A DNA stretch of 64,000 bases from an uncultured bacterium (GCA_964466785.1 CAYXOD010000014.1:24003-88002), one strand, 5' to 3'. Shown: positions 42,878-52,679, numbered from the stretch's first letter. Notes: generated by a model from the letters alone, not told the origin. Made by a program: numbers and translations.

Positions 42878-44035
42878 ATGAGAATCCTCTTCGTTTCCGA
42901 GTGCTATCATCCTGTCCGAAACGGGGTTGTGGCTGTCATTGACATTTTGTCGGAGCAACTTAAAAAGCGCGGGCATGAGGTCATGATAGTTGCTCCCGAA
43001 CACCCGATGGCAGGTTCTGACCCAGAATTTGTTGTTCGCGTTCCTTCTTTGCCCAACCCCTTTTACTCAGACTATCCTGCTGCAATTCCTTGGGCTCGTC
43101 AGTTGCCTCAAGCAATTGACACTTTTAAGCCAGACATCGTGCACACTCATTCGTTCATGTGGCTCTCTCGCTTCGCACTACGACACGCTCAACGACGCAA
43201 TATTCCTGTTGTCACGACTTTCCACACCCTCGTGACCGAATACTTGCACTATGCTCCCGTTCCGAGGTGGATAAGTTTGCCCTTCATTGCCCGATGGGTT
43301 TCATCATTTTGCAACGAATGTCGTGCCGTCATCATTGTCTCCCCCATTGCTGAACCGCTGCTTCGCTCTTTCGGCGTCAAAATCCCAATCGAATTCATTC
43401 CGACAGGAGTTGATGCCGAGCAGTTCGGTAAAGGTGATGGTTTTCGGGTTCGGAAGGAACTGGGGATTCCTTCAACGGCAAGTGTGTTGCTTTATGTGGG
43501 GCGAATTGCAAAAGAAAAGAACATCGCTTTCCTGCTTGAAGCGCTGTCTCCTGTTTTGGCTGGGCGGATGAGAACTTACTTGGTTTTGGTCGGCGACGGT
43601 CCTGAAATGGACGCAATGAAAGCAAAAGCAAAGAGTTTACCAGGCGGAGAACGCATAATCTTCGTCGGTAGCCGCCCAAGAAGTGAGATACCTGACTTCC
43701 ATGCCGCCGCTGACATCTTTGTGTTTGCTTCGGTTACGGAAATGCAGGGTTTGGCGTTAACGGAAGCGATGATGGCTGGGTTGCCCATTGTTGTAATAGG
43801 AGAGGGAGGCATTCAGTATTTTGTCAAGGACGGTGAAGTCGGGTTCGTCGTCCCCCATGACAAAATCGGTTTCGCAAATGCCGTTCAAACATTGTTGGAC
43901 AAACCTCACCTTAGAATGGCTATGGCTGAGCGGGCAAGAGATTTCGCAATGCAAACTTTTTCCCTTTCAGTTTGTCTGGACAAGTTAGAATCGCTTTATC
44001 GCAAAGTCTTGGCAAAAGCGATAGAGCATGTTTGA
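42878..44035 (+). CDS. Glycosyltransferase family 4 (GT-B fold)
   Basis: MRILFVSECYHPVRNGV at the N-terminus, and the C-terminal E...E pattern FVFASVTEMQGLALTEAMMAGLPIV. Confidence 0.85.
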   Translation: MRILFVSECYHPVRNGVVAVIDILSEQLKKRGHEVMIVAPEHPMAGSDPEFVVRVPSLPNPFYSDYPAAIPWARQLPQAIDTFKPDIVHTHSFMWLSRFALRHAQRRNIPVVTTFHTLVTEYLHYAPVPRWISLPFIARWVSSFCNECRAVIIVSPIAEPLLRSFGVKIPIEFIPTGVDAEQFGKGDGFRVRKELGIPSTASVLLYVGRIAKEKNIAFLLEALSPVLAGRMRTYLVLVGDGPEMDAMKAKAKSLPGGERIIFVGSRPRSEIPDFHAAADIFVFASVTEMQGLALTEAMMAGLPIVVIGEGGIQYFVKDGEVGFVVPHDKIGFANAVQTLLDKPHLRMAMAERARDFAMQTFSLSVCLDKLESLYRKVLAKAIEHV

Positions 44036-45578
44036 AAATAGCGCAACAGGGGGTAAACAGGCAACGGCACTGTTAACGCATGAACTGGAGGTGCCATCTA
44101 AGTTGGCTTCCTTTTGTCGCCATTGCGGCAACGCAATAGGGGATGGGGTGGGAAGGTGCTCTCACTGTGGGGCTCCTTTGAACGGCAAAATCAGTTCTGC
44201 AAGCGAAGAGAATTTGCCCCACGAACCTGTAAATAAGTTGCCAGAGGTTTCACCAGAAGATTTGCTGGCTCAAGCAATGAAATTGGCAGATGAGGGCGCT
44301 TATGACGATGCGATTTTGGTTTGCCGACGAGCAATTGGGCTGAGAGAAGATTTTGTCGCCGCTTACGCTTTTCTGGGAGAACTTTACGAACGAGTTGGGG
44401 AGAAAGAAAAGGCGCTGAAAGCATACGAGAAAGCGCTGGGACTTGACAAAGATTATGAACCTGCGAGGTTGGGCAAGGAAAGACTTGAAAAGACACCTCA
44501 CCCTGCTCCAGTGCCTTCTGCAGAGCGGAGCAGTTGGGTTTGGTTAGGTCATCCCTTGCCTTTGTTGGGTGCGACGGCTTTAGTTGTCAGTTTGTTGTTT
44601 GCCATTCGCATGATTGCCCCTCCCGTCCCTAAACCTCAACCTATTCCGCCTCAACCCCCAATCACTTTAGCACCTCAATCGCCTACCGCTCCAATGACGG
44701 TCCCGCCACTGCCGGCAGCAGCGGAAGTTTCTTTGAAACGGGGAATGGAGGCGTTGAACACTCAAAAGTATGATGAGGCAATTAAGTGGTTTGAAAGGGC
44801 TTTGCAATTCGCTCCTAACAACAATGAAGCCAGAAGTTGGTTGCTAATTGCGAGGGCAATGAAGGAAGAGGCTCAGTCCCAGCCCCGACCGCCAGTAGTT
44901 GCTGCTCGCCCCGAAACTCCTCCTTTGCCCGTTCTACCTTCACCGTCGCCACGAGAGCAATCATCATCACAATCCCCGACACACTCTTCTCGCTTACCTC
45001 GTCAACCTCCAACGGCTGCTGAATCCCGTCAAAATCAACCTCAAGTTGTTCAAATGCCAAAGTATCCGACTTGGGTTCGGCAGTCACAAGTTGGTTCACC
45101 TTCGCCAATGATGCCTCAATCACCTCAAGCAAACCCGTTCGCAACTCAGGCTCAACCTCAATATCCCATCGTTCCCACCGTTCCTCAATCTCCGGCGTTG
45201 CCGTCGCCTACAGAGAAACCGCCTGCAATCACTCCGCCAACGGGCTCTGGCTCTTCTGTCTCCCCGATGCCGCCCAGCGTTGAGGATTTGGAGCGCCTGG
45301 CTTACCGAAAAGTTTACGAAGGTGACCTTGCAGGAGCAGCACAAATTTACCGAACCATACTTTCTCAGGGCGTCGGGATTGAACGAGAAGGCTACATCCG
45401 CCAGCAGTTGGCGTTGGCTCTTCAACAACTGCGAAGGTATGATGAAGCGGCAGAGGAATACGAAAAAGCCATCGCTGCCTACAAGCGTCAAATTGAGCGA
45501 GGCATAAACACTGCAGCGGCACAACGAGGGATTGAAGCATGTCAACGAGGATTGGAAATCTGCAGACGGGCAAGGTGA
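44028..45578 (+). CDS. Zinc-ribbon / TPR-repeat protein with TM segment and long Pro-rich linker
   Basis: CRHCGNAIGDGVGRCSHCGAPL; TPR-like AYAFLGELYERVGEKEKALKAYEKALGLD; one TM helix; a P/Q/S-rich low-complexity region. The start overlaps the GT4 stop by 8 nt. Confidence 0.7.
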   Translation: MFENSATGGKQATALLTHELEVPSKLASFCRHCGNAIGDGVGRCSHCGAPLNGKISSASEENLPHEPVNKLPEVSPEDLLAQAMKLADEGAYDDAILVCRRAIGLREDFVAAYAFLGELYERVGEKEKALKAYEKALGLDKDYEPARLGKERLEKTPHPAPVPSAERSSWVWLGHPLPLLGATALVVSLLFAIRMIAPPVPKPQPIPPQPPITLAPQSPTAPMTVPPLPAAAEVSLKRGMEALNTQKYDEAIKWFERALQFAPNNNEARSWLLIARAMKEEAQSQPRPPVVAARPETPPLPVLPSPSPREQSSSQSPTHSSRLPRQPPTAAESRQNQPQVVQMPKYPTWVRQSQVGSPSPMMPQSPQANPFATQAQPQYPIVPTVPQSPALPSPTEKPPAITPPTGSGSSVSPMPPSVEDLERLAYRKVYEGDLAGAAQIYRTILSQGVGIEREGYIRQQLALALQQLRRYDEAAEEYEKAIAAYKRQIERGINTAAAQRGIEACQRGLEICRRAR

Positions 45579-45586
45579 AAAAATCC

Positions 45587-47182
45587 ATGCGACTAATTTT
45601 GACTTCGTTTTTGCTCCCGCTCGTCATCATCCCCGCAACTTCTCAATCAATCACGGTTTTGCTTTTACCGCCACCTTTGCTGACTGCAAGCAGTGAGGCT
45701 CAAGATGCCCTTTTATCGGCATTGCCAGTGGTGTGGCAGAAAGTCTTTGGCAAGTTAGCGACGGCAACTTTTCACAAAGAATCACCTTCAATTCAGCGTG
45801 CGAAACGAGAAGGCAAGTTGCCACCAGACGCCTTGACAAATCCTTATGAACATGCTGACAAGTTGTGTGCCATTGAAGGGGCAAGGGTTGCTCTGTGGGT
45901 GAGGGTTACAGGTGCTGAAGGCAAAACACCTCAAGCAATTGAAGCGAGAATGCTTGTCCCCGTTGATGCCCGTTTTGAAACCAACCTCATTGAAACACCT
46001 ATCACTGCCGAAGAGAGGAAAGCCCTTTCACCAGTTTCTCCCAAAACCCCACCCACTCCAGAAATGGTTTTCGCACTTAGGCTGGGTCAATGGTTGCAAG
46101 AACAGACGAAAACGATTTTTGAAACCCAACTTGACCAGCCTGCCATCCCTGATCTGAAAGCCGTGCAATCGCTGATAGCGGAGGGTAAAAGTGACGAGGC
46201 AATTCAAGCGTTGAGCCGAATGATAGCAGAATCGCCCCAGCACCCGTTGCTTTACTTGCTTTTAGGTCAGGCTTACGAGGGGCGACAGAGATGGGAAGAT
46301 GCTTTGCTTGAATACCGAAGAGCTGTTCAACTGCAACCTGACTTGCAAGATGCATGGAAGGGCATTGCAAGGGTCGCAAGTCAAAGAAATCGTTGGGATT
46401 TAGTTCTGACAGCAGTTCGGCAAATTTGGAAAGCACAAGAAGCAATTGAGCCCACTTACCTTGCTTTGGGTGCCCGAGCCGCAACCAACCTTGCCTCTAA
46501 TGCTTGGAAACAAGGTAGGGACAAAGAAGCGGAAGCGCTGCGCAAAGAAGCAATTGAACTTGATACTTTGCTCTTTCAGTCCGCTTCAGAAACCGCATTG
46601 ATTTTAAGTGCGGCAGAACGCCTGCAAGGAAATCGCCGCCCCGATTTAGCCAAGGAAGCCTTGACAAAAATTGTTACACAACTTCCCCTTGACAATACCT
46701 TGACAGAGCGGATTTTGAACATGACTGAGATTTTGAAGGCTAATGACCTCGCTTATCAGTTTCTCAACCGAATTGCTGTCACCAATAAGGAGCAGGTAAC
46801 GCTTAGCCGTTATTCGTTCCGAATCTCTGTGAGGGTTTTGGATAACGAAGTGGTCAAGTTGTTCAGTCAAGTCCGCAATGACCTTTTCTCCTTTGATGCG
46901 ACGAAGTTGAGCCGAGATGATATGCTGGGTCGTTTGCAACAAGTTAACACCAAAGCAGAGCAACTTTTACGCCTCGCTCACTTCATCCAAGCACCTGAGC
47001 CATTCACCAAAACCCATTCGCGAAGGTTACTTTGCTACGAACTTTTCCTGCAGGCAACGACTTTGTTAATGGAGTGGGTTGAACAGCAGGAAGACCTGAC
47101 ACGAAGGCGCGCCGTTGTGCTTTATGAGTTCGCCCGAACCGAATTGGAGCAGGCGTGGAAAGAAGAGCAAAGGCTGAGGTAG
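45587..47182 (+). CDS. Secreted TPR-repeat protein
   Basis: Signal-like MRLILTSFLLPLVIIPATSQS. TPR-like LLYLLLGQAYEGRQRWEDALLEYRRAVQLQPD. An alternative GTG 45575 overlaps the upstream stop as GTGA. Confidence 0.7.
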   Translation: MRLILTSFLLPLVIIPATSQSITVLLLPPPLLTASSEAQDALLSALPVVWQKVFGKLATATFHKESPSIQRAKREGKLPPDALTNPYEHADKLCAIEGARVALWVRVTGAEGKTPQAIEARMLVPVDARFETNLIETPITAEERKALSPVSPKTPPTPEMVFALRLGQWLQEQTKTIFETQLDQPAIPDLKAVQSLIAEGKSDEAIQALSRMIAESPQHPLLYLLLGQAYEGRQRWEDALLEYRRAVQLQPDLQDAWKGIARVASQRNRWDLVLTAVRQIWKAQEAIEPTYLALGARAATNLASNAWKQGRDKEAEALRKEAIELDTLLFQSASETALILSAAERLQGNRRPDLAKEALTKIVTQLPLDNTLTERILNMTEILKANDLAYQFLNRIAVTNKEQVTLSRYSFRISVRVLDNEVVKLFSQVRNDLFSFDATKLSRDDMLGRLQQVNTKAEQLLRLAHFIQAPEPFTKTHSRRLLCYELFLQATTLLMEWVEQQEDLTRRRAVVLYEFARTELEQAWKEEQRLR

Positions 47183-47207
47183 TTCGTTGGTGTATTGAAC
47201 AGTAGGA

Positions 47208-47277
47208 TTTGGTCGGAGGACAGCTCTCCTGAGCAGCCGTCGAAAAACAGCGCATCAGGAGATGTGCCCTCTGAGGA
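47208..47277. repeat. Composite repeat: family C (+) then family B (-)
   Basis: tttggtcggaggacagctctcctgagcagccgtcg followed by agcgcatcaggagatgtgccctctgagg. It aligns with 36762..36843 apart from a ~16-nt shorter spacer. Confidence 0.75.
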
Positions 47278-47370
47278 ACTGCTGCTCGGCTTCCAACTTC
47301 ATCGGTTCGTCGTGCAGTAGCCACTTGACGACGTTGGCATTTAAAATCAATAGCGAATTTTGTGACGCTT

Positions 47371-48297
47371 TCATGCCACTTCTCCTTTCGTCACCCGCAA
47401 AAAGACATCTTCAAGGTTCATCATTGTTTCGCTGAAGGTAGCAATCCGGTGACCATCCAAAATGATGCGGCGGAGCAAATCCGCTTGTGCTTCGTCGTCG
47501 CCCACAAATTGAGCCTCAATGGTGTCATTGACAACTTGCACATTGATGATTTCCGGCTGCTTGCTGAGCCATTCGGTAAGTTTCTCCAAGCCATCAAGGC
47601 AACGAATTGTCAATAGCCGAGCAGGTTGAAGTTGACGCAAAATGTCTTCCACATCACCCCAAAGCAAAAGTTCGCCCTTCTCAATGATGCCAATCTTGTT
47701 GCAAAAGTCGGACAATTCAGGCAAGATGTGCGATGAAACAATGACAATTTTCCCCATAGCGCCAATTTCTCGGAGCAACTCTTTCAATTCGGCGCGGGCT
47801 CTTGGGTCTAACCCCGACGCTGGTTCGTCTAAAAGCAAAAGCAAAGGGTCATGGAGAAGGGTTTTCGCAAGACACAACCTTTGTTGCATCCCGCGAGAAA
47901 GGGTCTCAACATATGCATCCTTTTTAATTGTCAAGTCGGTTAATTCCAACACATTTTCAATGACCTGCTTTCGCTCCCTTGACGGTATGCCGTATGCTTC
48001 AGCAAAAAACGAGAGATACTCCCAAGTGGTGATGCCTTCGTAAAGACCAAAGAAGTCTGGCATGAAGCCGATAAGGGGACGGGCTTCTTCAGGTTGACGG
48101 ACGATGTCTATGCCATTGACAATTGCTGTTCCAGCCGTTGGTTCAAGCAAAGTCGCAAGCATCCGTAAAGTCGTCGTTTTACCTGCACCGTTTGGACCAA
48201 TGTAACCGAAGATGTCGCCAAGTTGAAGCGTGAAATGAATATCCTTGACAGCGACGAGTTGTCCGAACTCCTTGCGAAGCCCCTTGACTTCAAGCAT
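47371..48297 (-). CDS. ABC transporter ATP-binding protein (ABC-2 type)
   Basis: Walker A GPNGAGKTT, signature LSRGMQQRL, and Walker B LLLLDEPASGLD. ATG 48297 is preceded by GGGAGGTG. The track start 48423 overlaps the permease. Confidence 0.9.
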   Translation of the reverse strand: MLEVKGLRKEFGQLVAVKDIHFTLQLGDIFGYIGPNGAGKTTTLRMLATLLEPTAGTAIVNGIDIVRQPEEARPLIGFMPDFFGLYEGITTWEYLSFFAEAYGIPSRERKQVIENVLELTDLTIKKDAYVETLSRGMQQRLCLAKTLLHDPLLLLLDEPASGLDPRARAELKELLREIGAMGKIVIVSSHILPELSDFCNKIGIIEKGELLLWGDVEDILRQLQPARLLTIRCLDGLEKLTEWLSKQPEIINVQVVNDTIEAQFVGDDEAQADLLRRIILDGHRIATFSETMMNLEDVFLRVTKGEVA

Positions 48298-48323
48298 GGC
48301 TTGCACCTCCCTTAACGCACAAC

Positions 48324-49208
48324 TCAAATTGGTTTCCTCGCATCCTTTGCAACCTTTCGTGTCAAAAGGGCGACGATCAGTGCGGCAAGCAAAATGTAAA
48401 CGATTCCTTGCCATGTGCCCCAAAGGAATGGTTGCTCGTTAACAGGCTCGGACATCATAACGAAAATCCCTGCGACGGCTACGACGGGATTGTAAAACCA
48501 AATAGCGAATCGTGGGTTAACCATCCAACCATATCTGAGCCATCCTCCTCGTCTGAAATCAACCAAGAACAGGTCAATTAACCCATGCCCTGCCAACACC
48601 ATTAAAAGCGTCCAAAATATTTCCCAAAGGACCGGCAAGATGAAAAGAGCGAGAACTTGGCCAGCGAATGCAAGGGCTGCTGCGACCATACCCCGCTTGA
48701 GCCGATATGAGAGCCAGAGGGTGACCGCAATCAGCAAAATTGACCAACCGATAACAATCAGTTGGGTTTTGAGCAACATCAAAGTGATGTGAGTGTTTGT
48801 GACTGTTTGATACTCTTTAGCCATTCCAATCCAAAGTGGTAGTATGAACCAGAGGGTAATAACCATCAAAATCGCCAACCTTGACAAAAATTTCCCTATA
48901 ACGATTTGCCCTGCAGTTAGGCGGGTCAAGATAAGCATGTCCCAAGTTGCTTTCTCAAATTCGGCAGCGAAAAGGGAATGGGTTATGAGAGGCGCAACCA
49001 ACCACAGCGCCAGACATTCAAGCCCCAAGGTAACTACAGCCAAACCGTGTTGTTGAGCCTGTCTCAAAAACCAAAGGTAAAGGGTTGTGAAAACCACCGC
49101 TATGAGCCCAACTTGCCAAACTGGTCGGCGAGTCAGTATCCTCGTTTGCCCCCAAAAGTGGTAGCGAAAGACAGGGTTTTCTGCAACCCACTTTCGCCAA
49201 ATTGACAT
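48324..49208 (-). CDS. ABC-2-type transporter permease
   Basis: A 294-aa protein with 6 or more TM helices, immediately upstream of the ATPase on the same strand with a 26-nt gap. Confidence 0.7.
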   Translation of the reverse strand: MSIWRKWVAENPVFRYHFWGQTRILTRRPVWQVGLIAVVFTTLYLWFLRQAQQHGLAVVTLGLECLALWLVAPLITHSLFAAEFEKATWDMLILTRLTAGQIVIGKFLSRLAILMVITLWFILPLWIGMAKEYQTVTNTHITLMLLKTQLIVIGWSILLIAVTLWLSYRLKRGMVAAALAFAGQVLALFILPVLWEIFWTLLMVLAGHGLIDLFLVDFRRGGWLRYGWMVNPRFAIWFYNPVVAVAGIFVMMSEPVNEQPFLWGTWQGIVYILLAALIVALLTRKVAKDARKPI

Positions 49209-49220
49209 CGCTCACCACCT

Positions 49221-49946
49221 TCATTGCGATGGCTTTTGTGATATTGTTCGTTCCAAGTCAGCGATGAATTGAGCCACACGGTCTCGCCAAGTTTGAAAGT
49301 GCCATTCAGTGTTTTCGTGCGGGTAATCTCCCTCATACCAAAATCGGATGTGCAAATTAGCAGCGATTTTGCGAAATCCATCCTGATAAGGTTGAGGCAA
49401 TTGACCCCTCAAAATCCCCCAGCAAGTCTCATCGATGTTCAAAAAAGCCATTGCTGCTCGCCTTGCTGCTTCAAAGAGCCAGTTAAATGCATCGCGCCAG
49501 TTATCATCTTACTCATCTGGGTCAGTCTCCTGCAAAGCGGATTGGCATAATCGTTCCGATCGCCTCAACGCCCGTCGTGCTTCTTTAAAGGATGGGATTG
49601 GCATCCCAGCCATCACCTTCAAGAGCCCTTGTTCGTCACCGAACAAAACCTGACCAAACACTCTAACTGCAACACTCAACCGTCCGATCCCTCTTCCAAC
49701 TCCATGGACAACGATGTCAACATCTCAACCTTAAGACACTTCAATTGCTGCGTCAAGATATTCGCCCAAATCTTTCGGTTCTCTCGTTACGACGAGCAAG
49801 TCAATATCTCGTGCCCAATCGGGGGCGTAAACTGCTGAGCCGAAGAGGAAGACAGCGAGGATGTTTGGGTCAACATTTCGCAACGCCTCCACGATCCTTG
49901 ACAGTAATTCATTTGTTATCGGTGGCAAGGTTTTTGCTTTGCCCAT
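49221..49946 (-). pseudogene. Nucleotidyltransferase (MNT-like) plus HEPN-like reading frame with three in-frame stops
   Basis: One frame reads NILAVFLFGSAVYAPDWARDIDLLVV...AAIEVS*G*DVDIVVHGV...FKEARRALRRSERLCQSALQETDPDE*DDNWRDAFNWLFEAARRAAMAFL...FRKIAANLH. Stops are TAA 49731..49733, TGA 49725..49727 and TAA 49509..49511. There is no frameshift. Confidence 0.55.
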
Positions 49947-50040
49947 AGCAATTCACCCTTTAGCGGTGGCACCTTCACTTGCTATTTTGGGCTTTGTTCA
50001 ACTCAATTCAACCTCCCATCCAAAATCCACTACATCGCCA

Positions 50041-52005
50041 CTAATGCGCGATGTGAACGACTTGTAGCGTCACATACGACTTTCTTTGCGAGGGAGTATT
50101 CAAATTCGGTGTGATATCCATGCCTTCAATTTGTGCGGTCACAATGAGGCGTGGCTGTGAAGGTGAGCGGATCGGTGAGCGTTGGATTGACAAATCCACT
50201 GTCGCTGATTCGTGTGGCGACAATTCTGGTAATTGGGTCGTTGAGATTGGAGTGTATGTGAAGGCGGCAGTGCGCCAAGGTTCGTAACTTTCCACTTGAC
50301 TAATGCTCATCAACCTACATTGTCCTTGCTTCAAGGTGAAAGGCAGTCGGTTCGTGACAGTAACTCGCAGCATTTTGCCTTGTCGCTTAATTTGGACATC
50401 AACTTTGCCTTGCAAAGTGATTGGCTTTGCAAAGTAAAACAGGCGAAAACTCAAATTGGGAACGCGCAAAATCGTTGAAACCGTTGGATCATCTTGAGTT
50501 TCCAAAATTGTTCCACCCGTTAAATCTGCGTAATCGTGGATTTGAGTGAAAACACCTTCTGCGTTGCCGAAATCTAAAAGGTAATTGCCACCACGCTGTA
50601 TGAACAAAGTCGTGGCAGCAAGCAAGTAAGCATTTTGCTCCCCCGCTGCAGTTATGACCACGCCGCTAGTCAAGTTCTGAGTGCCAAGGTGCCGCAACTC
50701 TAAAGTTGCCTTACCGATGACGAAGACGAAAGAAGTAGCGAGAACCGGTGCAATAAGCCAATGCCAATCAAGCGCTGCCTTCCGACGCAGAAGGGCGTAA
50801 CTTAACGGGACGATGAGAACGAAGTAAATGAGCAGTGAAATGGCAAGGTTAGCAACGCTTGGGAGTTCAAGCCGAAACGGCAAAGGAGGGATCTGATGAA
50901 CAGAGGACGGTGGATAATACGAACTGTGAATTGGCGGTGCTGGGTAAGAGTGATATTGCTGCCATCCTTGCCATTCGCCTAACGAGGCAAAATTGCTTGA
51001 CCAGAGCCGAGCGACAGTAACTCTTGTCAACGGCACCACGGATTTGTTCCAAAGGTTCGGCAAACCCTTCCAACCGCGAAAAGGTTTATCCCAAATGTTG
51101 AATGCAAAGAAAACAACAGCGCCGTAGCCGTAAGGAAAAATGGCTACGAGCGGGAATCGACTTGTCCCTACCAAAAGTTCAGCATCGGAAACGAGATCGC
51201 CGACAGTAATGAATGCAGGTTCGCTTGGAGGCCGGATTTGAAGCCAACGGGCAAGTCTTTTCCAGTTAGAATGCTGAACTGTTCTCCAATTTTGAATGGG
51301 CAGAATTGAAGCGAGTAAAGCATGCCGCAAATAAATTGCTGTTGGCCCTCCCGAAACGACCAAAACCCCACCCATCATGATCCAACGGCGGATTACTTGC
51401 CATTGAGCCATTGTCAACCGCTCAGCGCCAGTTCCAAGGACGATTGCGCTCACACCTGTCAATGCACCTACTCTATCCGGCAAATCTTCAGGTCGGCAGT
51501 AAGCCCAGACCCACTTTGGCAGCATCGGCGAGCCGGGTCGCCAAGTTGGCGCTTTTCTTGGCGAAGTTGATGGTTGAGGGTTGAGGTGTTTCAACCATTC
51601 AAGCCCTCCAATTTCGTCACCGACACCGACGACGAGCCGAGCATTTTCGTCCGCAGTGACAAAAATCGTTTGGTTGGGGACTCCACGAACCCCTTCAAGC
51701 CTTACAGAAACGCTCATCGTGGTGGACATGACGAACGGTAGCGAGGTAATCTCCTTTCGGCTACCGGTAGAAAGCGACAACGGAAACAGATGAAGTCGCT
51801 CAGCGCGAAAACTTGAGAGAGAAACAACAAGAGTTGCGTTGACCGATGGACCTTCATTTTGGACAGTGATTTTAAGTGGCAGACAACCATACGGCGGGAT
51901 AGTCGTCCCGAAAAGCGGGCGGATATCAATTTGCAACGGTAACTTCTGAGCCGTTGCTACCGATACAAAAGTTGTCAATGCAAAAATGAACGCTAAAGAC
52001 TTCAT
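50041..52005 (-). CDS. Secreted/membrane protein, possible GldG/DUF4350-like partner of the ABC-2 transporter
   Basis: Signal peptide MKSLAFIFALTTFVSVATAQ at ATG 52005. A flavodoxin-like stretch reads VSAIVLGTGAERLTMAQWQVIRRWIMMGGVLVVSGG. Two central TM helices. The functional call is weak. Confidence 0.55.
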   Translation of the reverse strand: MKSLAFIFALTTFVSVATAQKLPLQIDIRPLFGTTIPPYGCLPLKITVQNEGPSVNATLVVSLSSFRAERLHLFPLSLSTGSRKEITSLPFVMSTTMSVSVRLEGVRGVPNQTIFVTADENARLVVGVGDEIGGLEWLKHLNPQPSTSPRKAPTWRPGSPMLPKWVWAYCRPEDLPDRVGALTGVSAIVLGTGAERLTMAQWQVIRRWIMMGGVLVVSGGPTAIYLRHALLASILPIQNWRTVQHSNWKRLARWLQIRPPSEPAFITVGDLVSDAELLVGTSRFPLVAIFPYGYGAVVFFAFNIWDKPFRGWKGLPNLWNKSVVPLTRVTVARLWSSNFASLGEWQGWQQYHSYPAPPIHSSYYPPSSVHQIPPLPFRLELPSVANLAISLLIYFVLIVPLSYALLRRKAALDWHWLIAPVLATSFVFVIGKATLELRHLGTQNLTSGVVITAAGEQNAYLLAATTLFIQRGGNYLLDFGNAEGVFTQIHDYADLTGGTILETQDDPTVSTILRVPNLSFRLFYFAKPITLQGKVDVQIKRQGKMLRVTVTNRLPFTLKQGQCRLMSISQVESYEPWRTAAFTYTPISTTQLPELSPHESATVDLSIQRSPIRSPSQPRLIVTAQIEGMDITPNLNTPSQRKSYVTLQVVHIAH

Positions 52006-52103
52006 AACCAAGCACCTGCCTTTTACCCTGAGATACCACCCTTTTGACGGAATTTTGCCATTTGTTGTTCCGCAATGGCAAACTTGTTCTGGAGGTGAAG
52101 CCA

Positions 52104-52679
52104 ATGGCCGAGGTCACCCCAAAAGTCATCACTTGGGAAGATTACTTGAGGGGCGAACCAAAAGACTTAGAGTTCTACGAGATTGAGGATGGAGAGTTGA
52201 TTGTAGTGGGGGCACCGAGTTTTGAGCACCAGTGGGTTGTTAAGGTCATGACAAGGTTATTAGACGACTTCATAACTTCTAAGCAATTAGGTGTAGTGCT
52301 TCAGGCTCCTGCAGATATTGTTGTTCAGCGAGAACCTGTTCGCACTCGTCAACCTGATTTGTTTTTCTTGCGAAAGGAGAGAGGCGGAAACCCCGAACAA
52401 TTTCGCCAACTCAAATGCTTGGAAATTCCTCCCGACATAGCAATTGAAGTCGTTTCGCCATCGGAAGAGGAAACTGAAAGGTTAGAGCGAAAACTAAGCG
52501 ACTACCATCGCATAGGTGTCTCTGAAGTTTGGATTGTTTACCCAGAGGGGAGAGCCGTTGAAGTTTTGGTTCGTGCTGAAGATGGTTGGCGTTGGCATGG
52601 TTTGTTTTTGCGAAAAGACAAAGTTCGTTCAACTGTTTTGGGTGAACTGCCTTTCGTTGTTAGTCAGTTTTTTGAATGA
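52104..52679 (+). CDS. Uma2-family (DUF820) putative endonuclease
   Basis: ITWEDY, YEIEDGELIV, HQWVV, QPDLFFL, PDIAIEVVSPS, and YHRIGVSEVWIV. GGAGGTGA RBS lies 5 nt before ATG 52104. Confidence 0.82.
   Translation: MAEVTPKVITWEDYLRGEPKDLEFYEIEDGELIVVGAPSFEHQWVVKVMTRLLDDFITSKQLGVVLQAPADIVVQREPVRTRQPDLFFLRKERGGNPEQFRQLKCLEIPPDIAIEVVSPSEEETERLERKLSDYHRIGVSEVWIVYPEGRAVEVLVRAEDGWRWHGLFLRKDKVRSTVLGELPFVVSQFFE

Noticed and set aside
37712-49946. Stop-codon reassignment or an alternative genetic code as the explanation for in-frame TAA/TGA in the AraC and NTase/HEPN frames.
   Set aside because: TAA, TGA and TAG each terminate many well-conserved genes in this window at the expected protein lengths (for example TGA in deoB, fabD and fabH; TAG in the SDR gene; TAA in others). 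Ordinary nonsense mutations are the simpler explanation.
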